NCBI GenBank assembly: GCA_023515725.1
Contig: JALDTO010000188.1
Coordinates: 1-5,483, forward strand
Reading direction: 5' to 3'
From: Amoeboaphelidium protococcarum X5
Lineage: Eukaryota; Fungi; Aphelidiomycota
DNA length: 5,483 nt
The notes beneath the pieces were generated by a model, which was not told where the DNA came from, ran no database searches, and worked only from the letters and a program-made list of their open reading frames with translations. Position numbers and translations under genes: made by a program. Shown one piece after another: positions 1-5,483 of this stretch (position 1 is its first letter; every line of letters begins with the position of its first letter).

Positions 1-131
1 ATGCTACAAAGGAAGCATATGATGCCGTTGACCAAGAATCTGATGAAAGTGATGCCGAGATGAGTTCACTCGACTCTGATGGCGATGATGACCATGAAGA
101 CGATGAAGCCACTGCCAACATGGAGATGTGA
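1..131 (+). CDS. 3' end of a gene running in from the left edge; acidic low-complexity C-terminal tail, product unidentified
   Basis: The frame starting at 3 reads ATKEAYDAVDQESDESDAEMSSLDSDGDDDHEDDEATANMEM-TGA(129-131). It has strong GAN codon periodicity and is followed by AT-rich UTR-like sequence with ATTAAA near 170-182. GTGAGT at 128-133 could instead be a splice donor. Confidence 0.7.
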   Translation, partial: ATKEAYDAVDQESDESDAEMSSLDSDGDDDHEDDEATANMEM

Positions 132-188
132 GTATTGTTGTGTTGTTGAGATACACTAGTTACTGTTACATTAAAAATTAAAGCACCT

Positions 189-194
189 TTTATT
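189..194 (-). terminator. Putative polyadenylation signal for CAPZA
   Basis: AATAAA on the minus strand about 90 nt past the stop, inside the 154-bp convergent gap. Confidence 0.35.
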
Positions 195-285
195 CCCTTC
201 GTATAACAACGTCTCTCTTCCGAAAACAATCACAACCTTATTACATTCTTACAGGCAAAAAAGGGAGCAGCAACCTTCAGCTTAT

Positions 286-1356
286 TCACTACTGCTGGCC
301 CAGATTAGAACCCACCTTGTAGCCACTGATCTTGCTCCATTCAATCTTGTTTCTGGTGACTGGAAGAGCACGGCGGAGACTCTTGAAAGTTGCATCCGAC
401 AGTTGTGCATAACTCTCATTCAGTGCAGACTGGTACTCCACCTCTTCCTCTTTGATACGCTTAACCAGAGCGGCTGCAAACTTTTACGGAGAGTCCTACA
501 TTAATGATAAAATACGAATAAATAACATTTAGACTGAAGATATAACACTTAAAGTACAAAATACTTACACTAAAGTCTACAGAGAAAGAGACATCTTTGG
601 AAGAGTTTAGCTGAACGTTACCATCTTCATAGTAGTGCACCTAGACTTTAATGAAGCCAGTGACAGCAACAGATCCCTTGCCTGATGCAGTAAACACATA
701 CTCAGATCTCCAACGACCATTCCAAAAGTTGGATGGATTGTACTTATTAGAAGCAGTAACTACAGCAATCTTATCGCCGTTGACCATGGTTGAAGAACAT
801 CCATTCACATAGTGTTCATCCGAATACTTTTTCACTTCTACATCCACGGCGGTTCTCAGATCCTCGTGAGAGTGCTGCGATAGCGCCTACTCCACATTGC
901 TAGCAGTCTACTTGATATGGTCAAATTTGAACTTTTACTTTGAGCGAAAGTCAACAAAGGTGCCGTCTGCTTGCTCATTGTATTTAGAGACAATTGCTCT
1001 CTAAGATACGTCCTCCTCATCGTCATTCTAGTTTTCATTCAACTTGCAGGTGATAAACTGCTCAACGTTATAGTCATGAACAGCCTTTTTTATTCCACCT
1101 TATAGCTTTACATCGTCATTAATCAACAGTCGTACATCTACTATATGTTATTATTAATTGAATATTCAACTGGTTTATACATGTGAACACACATACCATT
1201 TAGGACCTACAAGAATTATAACGTATTCAATGTATATAGAGATATTTAGACTCAAAGCTAATTTGAAATAATTACCTCATGAAATTCTCCAGGCGGACTG
1301 TCCAAGATGAATTTAGACGCCAACTTGATCTTTTGCTCCACTGCAACTTCAGGCAT
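286..1356 (-). CDS. CAPZA: F-actin capping protein subunit alpha (CapZ alpha/Cap1), 289 aa; exons 1356-1276, 1206-1197, 1137-569, 495-286; needs TAA/TAG=Gln
   Basis: The spliced translation gives MPEVAVEQKIKLASKFILDSPPGEFHE|VLND|VRLLIND...KFKFDH...NKYNPSNFWNGRWRSEY...IKV(TAG=Q)VHYYEDGNVQL...TFKSLRRALPVTRNKIEWSKISGYKVG...GQQ(TAG)-TGA. These are the hallmark CapZ-alpha motifs. There are three GT-AG introns and exon lengths of 81+10+569+210=870 nt. In-frame TAA at 1100, 935, 484 and TAG at 1028, 1001, 908, 887, 641, 289 (low coordinates). Confidence 0.97.
496..568 (-). other. CAPZA intron 3 (73 nt, phase 0)
   Basis: GTAAGT...TAATGTAG, AT-rich. Removal joins ...SVDFS|DSPQKF in frame. Confidence 0.92.
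1138..1196 (-). other. CAPZA intron 2 (59 nt, phase 1), tandem TAGTAG acceptor
   Basis: GTATGT...ATATAGTAG. Removal restores N-D-V-R-L-L. Confidence 0.88.
1207..1275 (-). other. CAPZA intron 1 (69 nt, phase 0)
   Basis: GTAATT...TTCTTGTAG. Removal restores PPGEFHE|VLND. Confidence 0.88.
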
Positions 1357-1679
1357 TTTAATAAATCGAAATGTTGTTTGGAGGGCAATAGCGATTTCAG
1401 GTACTACACAGCCACTTTAATGATATAACTTCACTGAAAGAAACAGTTTGAAGAAGAGTTTGTTCTGAATGGTTTTTAGTTCGATCGCTCGTTCCGTCCG
1501 TAAGTTGTTTCAAACACGGCGTTCAACACTGATTGACTTTTCGTTCCCATGTGCCTTCACCTGATTGTTTCACCTCAACCGCGTAAGGGCTTTGTTCATT
1601 TAGTCAAATTACAAAAATATGCCATACGTACTTTATATTGGAAACAACAAATTACATACACCATTTATAAAAATTAAGT

Positions 1680-2933
1680 TCACTTCTTTTGCTTTTCACG
1701 CGCTTTCCTCTCGATGTCTCCGTAATTCACCACTCTCTTCTTAGTGGCAGACGGGAATATCTCATAGCAAGTCTTACAGTACGGCTTCTCATCAATGCAG
1801 TAGTATTTACCACCTTCATTCGCCATATTCTTCTCACAGCCAAAGCATACAAAGTGATTCTCACACCATTTTTGGTTCATGATTGGAATAACTACACTCA
1901 TGGATTCACTTATAACAGCGATATGAGCAGCAAATTAATTGAATACAGCTCACCTTTTCCTCTGATATAGTCGAAACAACGACCGCACTTGGAGCCTGCA
2001 AGTTCATTGAAGTGTAGCTCGCAGTAAGGCCGTCCTTGATGTTCATGGAACGTACTAGTATCAAACGGCTATTCACATTTACTGCAGACAAAATGCTACA
2101 CTCAAAAACTAGAGCAAATAATTACTCCAAGAGTTTTAGATGGTGATAAAAGGAATGATATACCTCTGGATGAAACGACTTGCCCATAGCTGTGACTATT
2201 CTGCCGTAAATTGGCTTTTTACAGACATAGCAGGGAGGTGCAGTTGCGCGAATATAGTCTTCAGGACAGTACAATTGACCATTGAACTTCTTGTAGTCCT
2301 TGTTCAACTATTTACTGCAGAGGACGCAGGTGAAGTGAAACGCGTGATGTTTCTGATCTTCATAGATGAGCGTTTCTTCCTCTTTCAGAATCGGTTTCTT
2401 ACAGCGAGGACACTCTGTTTTACTAACCTGGATATCTACTCAGATTGTTGGCACATTAATTACTACTATCAGAATCTATGAAAGACGATCTATAATACCT
2501 ATATTCTTTAGTTTTAAGTGGCATTCTTTGCAGAATGGTCGGTCACCCTTCTTCATGTAGCTGCTGCCTGCCAAAACTTTTCCGCAATGATCACATGTGA
2601 AGTGGTCAGCGTGCCATTTAAGATCCAGTGCGTCGATCATCCTTTCCATTATCAGTTCTCCACATCTGGCGCATCTATCGCCGAATATGGTGTAATAATC
2701 TTGCTCGCAGTACAAATGCTTATCTTCAGCTTATATGAAAGACCCCTCAGGGAATGGCCTCAAACATTCGAAACATCTACACTCCAAATTCTTGCATACA
2801 ATACCATTGTTCAAATGATCCCGAAACTTTATAATTCGACTTACATGAAACATTCCTAATGAAATTTAGACTCCAAAGCGCTGACTGACTGGCTATCAAT
2901 ATTTTCATTACAGTTAAAACAAGCAGTGGCCAT
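1680..2933 (-). CDS. LIMS1: PINCH/LIMS/UNC-97-type five-LIM-domain adaptor, 330 aa; exons 2933-2845, 2776-2499, 2435-2164, 2095-1954, 1891-1680; needs TAA/TAG=Gln
   Basis: Five tandem LIM domains start at residue 5 (CFNC.., CARC.., CPRC.., CYVC.., CGRC..) with no N-terminal LD region. PINCH-like features: PFPEGxF...YCEQDY in LIM1; [25 protein letters not shown] in LIM4; Cys in place of His in LIM5 (KWCENH); tail KPYCKTCYEIFPSATKKRV (human PINCH1 recalled as KPVCKKCYEKFPLELKKRL). Exons total 89+278+272+142+212=993 nt and end in TGA. In-frame TAG at 2856, 2308, 2069 and TAA at 2731. Confidence 0.9.
1892..1953 (-). other. PINCH-like intron 4 (62 nt, phase 1)
   Basis: GTGAGC...ATGAGTGTAG. Joins IRGK-V-IPIMNQKWC. 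Confidence 0.88.
2096..2163 (-). other. PINCH-like intron 3 (68 nt, phase 0)
   Basis: GTATAT...TTGAGTGTAG. Joins FHPE|HFVC. Confidence 0.92.
2436..2498 (-). other. PINCH-like intron 2 (63 nt, phase 1)
   Basis: GTATTA...CTGAGTAG. It contains an in-frame TGA so it must be removed. It lies in the LIM2-LIM3 linker, so the exact acceptor is less constrained. Confidence 0.8.
2777..2844 (-). other. PINCH-like intron 1 (68 nt, phase 2)
   Basis: GTAAGT...TGGAGTGTAG. Joins HQECF-I-CFEC. Confidence 0.92.
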
Positions 2934-3210
2934 ATCAATATATTTAATAGAATTGATCTAAAGCTGACACTAAATAAAGTTCACTTTATACTCGAGCTGA
3001 AGTTGAAACAGTTTGGTGAAACAAGGAAGGAAATTCAGTTGCGCGCAGTTGGAAAAACACATGCAGAACACTTTATCGCGCCTCACCACCTTTCAGTTAT
3101 ACGAATATGATCAATTTATTGAACTTATCTGATACAAGAAAATGGTGTAGTAGAATGCAATTTCTGTATTTTAAATTTTCAATATTACAAGCAAATAACA
3201 TTTAGAATCA

Positions 3211-3627
3211 TCACTTACCAGAGCTTTTCATCGCCAAATCTAACACAGCATCCACTTTGTCCTCGAGGTGGCTGAAGCTTCCACTAAGATTGTCGAATTT
3301 GTCAGAGAGATTCTTTATTTCTGATTTCAGCTCAGACATCTGCTAATTTTAGTTCTCCTTAAAGTCAGATATCTACTAACTTTAGCTCTCTTTAAAGTCA
3401 GATATCTGCTAACTCTAGCGTAGATTACCATTCTTGATCTCATCCTTAAGTGGCGCGATCAGCAAGTTCATCATAGTAAACAGGCAAGCGGTGTGGGTTG
3501 CAACGGCGGCGAGTATAAGTTGAATCGTGAAGCGATTTTTGCGCATATATTTGCCCCAGCTGAGTTCCTACTCTATCCCGTTACTATTAGTATGAACACG
3601 TCTACGAATGAATTGGCGTAAAATCAT
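3211..3627 (-). CDS. Hypothetical 138-aa protein: Arg-rich N-terminus, one hydrophobic helix, then coiled coil with 11-aa repeats; only open if TAA/TAG=Gln
   Basis: ATG at 3627: MILRQFIRRRVHTNSNGIEQELSWGKYMRKNRFTIQLILAAVATHTACLFTMMNLLIAPLKDEIKNGNLRQSQQISDFKESQSQQISDFKENQNQQMSELKSEIKNLSDKFDNLSGSFSHLEDKVDAVLDLAMKSSGK-TGA-TGA. It has 8 in-frame TAR codons, codon-phase repeats, and AATAAA downstream at 3120-3115. GTAAGT at 3218-3213 could be a donor that alters the last residues. Confidence 0.8.
3319..3417 (-). repeat. Three tandem 33-nt (11-codon) imperfect repeats within the hypothetical CDS
   Basis: Minus strand: TAG AGT TAG CAG ATA TCT GAC TTT AAA GAG AGC / TAA AGT TAG TAG ATA TCT GAC TTT AAG GAG AAC / TAA AAT TAG CAG ATG TCT GAG CTG AAA TCA GAA. 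Confidence 0.93.
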
Positions 3628-3843
3628 TTACTAGACTGCTTATACTTGCGATGTCGTCGCGAATGATATCCAGGAAGAGAAGGAAAAGTGTCGCAATACT
3701 TTTGTTCTGCTGAAAACTACAGTAATTTAAGTATTCCCTTTTGCTATACAAGCGTATAATATTTACACAAACAATCAAAAACGTATTGAAGCATTCTTTA
3801 CGCTCAATAGTAGAAAATGGTGTCATAAAGTTCCATTTCAAAG
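3628..3843. promoter_or_regulatory. Short divergent intergenic region (216 bp), probable bidirectional promoter
   Basis: Lies between the head-to-head ATGs at 3627 (-) and 3844 (+) and is AT-rich. Inferred from gene layout only. Confidence 0.5.
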
Positions 3844-4596
3844 ATGTTACCTCCTCAAGTGAGAGACTTTGTGGTCAAGACTCTGGGAAAGAATTGTACG
3901 TCAAAGTTGGTGGATGCGATGGATTTCAAGGATAAGGCATGTGTCAGCCTGGCTGTGAGTAAAGTCGTCGGCTTGGGTATTGTCGCTGGATCTTCGCTGG
4001 TTAAAGTTCCGCAATTGCTAAAGATTGTAGCTAGTGGTAGCGCACAGGGCATCTCTTTGAATTCTTACATTCTGGAGACTGTCGCCTACTGTATCGCTCT
4101 AGTGTACAATTATCGACATGGGAATCCGTTCAGTACTTACGGAGAGTCGATTTTCGTTACGCTGTAGAACTTTGTCATTATCGCGCTGATGTTGTGGTAC
4201 GGTAGATAGGTTGGAACTTTGAGTGTAGTTGTGGCTGCTTTTGCCGGTATCGTGTATGCACTGATCGATCCGACAATTGTTACGGAGAAGTACTTGATGA
4301 TGGCTCAGACAGCCACCATTCCCATCTCTGTGTCTTCAAAGATTCCTCAAATAATTACAAACTATTCGCAGCAATCCACTGGTTAGTTATCATTCCTGAC
4401 GGTAGTGCTCTTCTTTGCGGGCAGCTTGGCTAGAATATTCACCACTATGACGGAGATCAAAGGTGACAAAGTCTTACTGACCGGGTTCACTCTGGCTACC
4501 GTGTTTAATGGAATTTTGCTTTTACAGATGTTTTGGTATTGGAACAGTAAAGGTGTGTCTTCCAAAAAGGTGGCTGCTTCTAAGAAGACCAAGTGA
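3844..4596 (+). CDS. MPDU1: Mannose-P-dolichol utilization defect 1 (MPDU1/Lec35/SLC66A5) PQ-loop membrane protein, 250 aa, intronless; needs TAG=Gln
   Basis: One continuous frame joins ORF-track pieces 3844-4167 and 4405-4596: CVSLAVSKVVGLGIVAGSSLVKVPQLLKI...PFSTYGESIFVTL(TAG)N...SKIPQIITNYSQQSTG(TAG)LS...GSLARIFTT...NGILLLQMFWYWN...KKTK-TGA. It has two PQ motifs and a C-terminal KKxx ER-retrieval-type signal. TAGs are at 4165, 4207 and 4384. Confidence 0.96.
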
Positions 4597-4620
4597 TTAG
4601 CTACCTCTTATTTCGAATAT

Positions 4621-4626
4621 AATAAA
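4621..4626 (+). terminator. Putative polyadenylation signal for MPDU1
   Basis: AATAAA 24 nt after the TGA stop. Confidence 0.45.
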
Positions 4627-4734
4627 CTGCCTTTTGAGACGGCTTTAGTTAAAGAATTTTTATTTACAGTGTTCATCGTCTATACTATACTAGACACGCG
4701 CAACGAAGTTTGCTTTTTTTAATAGAGAAAATGT

Positions 4735-4788
4735 ATTCATCTCCATGGAGATACGCGTAATTCATCTCCAAAAAATTATTCATCTCCA
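4735..4788. repeat. Three copies of ATTCATCTCCA plus a 14-bp perfect palindrome
   Basis: Copies at 4735-4745, 4760-4770 and 4778-4788. ATCTCCATGGAGAT at 4739-4752 is its own reverse complement. Confidence 0.75.
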
Positions 4789-5132
4789 AGTCGATTTTTA
4801 AGTTCGGGCTCGGCGTACATTTCTGAGAAATGTTTCACTAATTTGTCAAAACGTCTACAGCTACTTTTATACACACCATAGTCAATTCGAACTGAATACC
4901 ATTTGGAAGTGGCTTGTCGATTGTTATTCAGAGCTTGTCTAAGTCTGTTAGTACTACACAATTTGTCGCCGTGTATGGAATTCATGCACTGTAGTTATTT
5001 ACAGTATCTGAATACTTGTTATGCATGAAATGGCGTTCAATGCCGCTAAGCATTTAAGCGTAAGAGAATGGTGGTTTAGATACTACGATCTATAACTGTT
5101 TTGATACATACAGTATACCTTACAACAAGCAG

Positions 5133-5483
5133 TCATTCGTCTGGACGAGTCGAAGCTTTGAGCGTTTATTCCCAATCCACTTCCTTAAAATGTTGGATTA
5201 ATTTGAGTGGCCATGTCTTGTCAAACAAAAACAAATTGAATATGTAAGTGAACCTTTTATCCAATACTTAATAGCGGCTGCAGCTCGCAACTGTGAGTCT
5301 TTCAACTCTCATGATAATGTGGAAATATGAACTTACCTGGCATGTCCGAAAATCCACTTTAGATGGACAATCAATCTTCCGCTTGCTTAAGTTATAGTTA
5401 TCAAACCTGTTGGGTTTTATGTTCTGTCGCTAACCTTAACCGTCGTCTCGGATAAGGAGAAATTTGCTACGCCACTTTGTTTC
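5133..5483 (-). CDS. Possible 3' part of an unidentified minus-strand gene entering from the right edge
   Basis: The frame is open for 116 codons under TAR=Gln (ETKWRSKFLLIRDDGQGQRQNIKPNRFDNYNLSKRKIDCPSKVDFRTCQ...FLFDKTWPLKLIQHFKEVDWEQTLKASTRPDE-TGA). A strong CAG|GTAAGT donor at 5336 suggests it may be spliced differently. No recognised motif, and long frames arise easily with a single stop codon. Confidence 0.35.

Noticed and set aside
856-2091. Minus-strand ORFs 856-1038 and 1906-2091
   Set aside because: They are wrong-frame overlaps of CAPZA exon 3 and PINCH exon 4. The true frames are masked by TAR codons.
1689-2859. Plus-strand ORFs 1689-1970, 2140-2481, 2366-2560 and 2518-2859
   Set aside because: They are antisense shadows of the PINCH-like exons with no recognisable protein features.
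1680-2933. Paxillin/Pxl1 call for the LIM gene
   Set aside because: It has five rather than four LIM domains, no N-terminal LD-motif region, and a PINCH-type LIM5 and tail.
3319-3417. CRISPR-like array
   Set aside because: The units are contiguous with no unique spacers, in codon phase, and within a eukaryotic CDS.
4164-4228. Possible MPDU1 intron GTAGAA...GAGTGTAG that would delete two TAG codons (same acceptor word as the PINCH introns)
   Set aside because: At 65 nt it would frameshift and remove part of a transmembrane region. The donor is poor, and the TAG at 4384 would remain unexplained.
3602-4592. ORFs 3602-3841 (-), 3741-3935 (+), 3855-4052 (-) and 4383-4592 (-)
   Set aside because: They span the AT-rich divergent promoter or are off-frame or antisense to MPDU1, with no coding signatures.
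286-4596. Cluster of pseudogenes with nonsense mutations
   Set aside because: Internal stops are only TAA/TAG and never TGA, there are no frameshifts, splice sites and conserved motifs are intact, and the stops sit at Gln positions.
3844-4596. TAG-only reassignment, pyrrolysine, or A-to-I editing of UAG to Trp
   Set aside because: TAA is also read through in CAPZA, PINCH and the orphan gene. Conserved columns (STGQLS, KVQVHYY) call for Gln, not Trp, Leu or Pyl.
4776-4985. 69-aa minus-strand ORF
   Set aside because: Its TAA end is not a stop in this code and it has no recognisable motif, so it is not supportable as a stand-alone gene.
1-5483. Ciliate or diplomonad origin
   Set aside because: Same code, but the PINCH-type gene, fungus/animal-like CapZ and MPDU1 sequences and frequent ~65-nt introns fit an opisthokont better. 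Not formally excluded without a phylogeny.

Overview
Compact, intron-containing eukaryotic nuclear DNA that only makes sense under a non-standard genetic code: TAA and TAG encode Gln and TGA is the only stop (translation table 6). The standard-code ORF track therefore breaks every gene into fragments. Retranslated, the window holds: (1) the acidic C-terminal end of a + strand gene (<1-131); (2) a 4-exon F-actin capping protein alpha gene (286-1356, -, 289 aa) with a 10-nt microexon; (3) a 5-exon, five-LIM PINCH/LIMS-type gene (1680-2933, -, 330 aa); (4) a 138-aa orphan membrane-anchored coiled-coil gene (3211-3627, -) that is absent from the ORF track, whose 33-nt repeats swap TAA, TAG and CAG at equivalent positions; (5) an intronless MPDU1/Lec35 PQ-loop gene (3844-4596, +, 250 aa); and (6) an unresolved stretch, 4700-5483. 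By hand count there are 24 in-frame TAR codons in the four complete genes, several at invariant Gln positions, and all five gene ends are TGA. The opisthokont/fungus-like proteins plus TAR=Gln point to an aphelid such as Amoeboaphelidium protococcarum, where this code is already known. This taxon call is inference. Comparisons to human proteins are from memory, not from a search.
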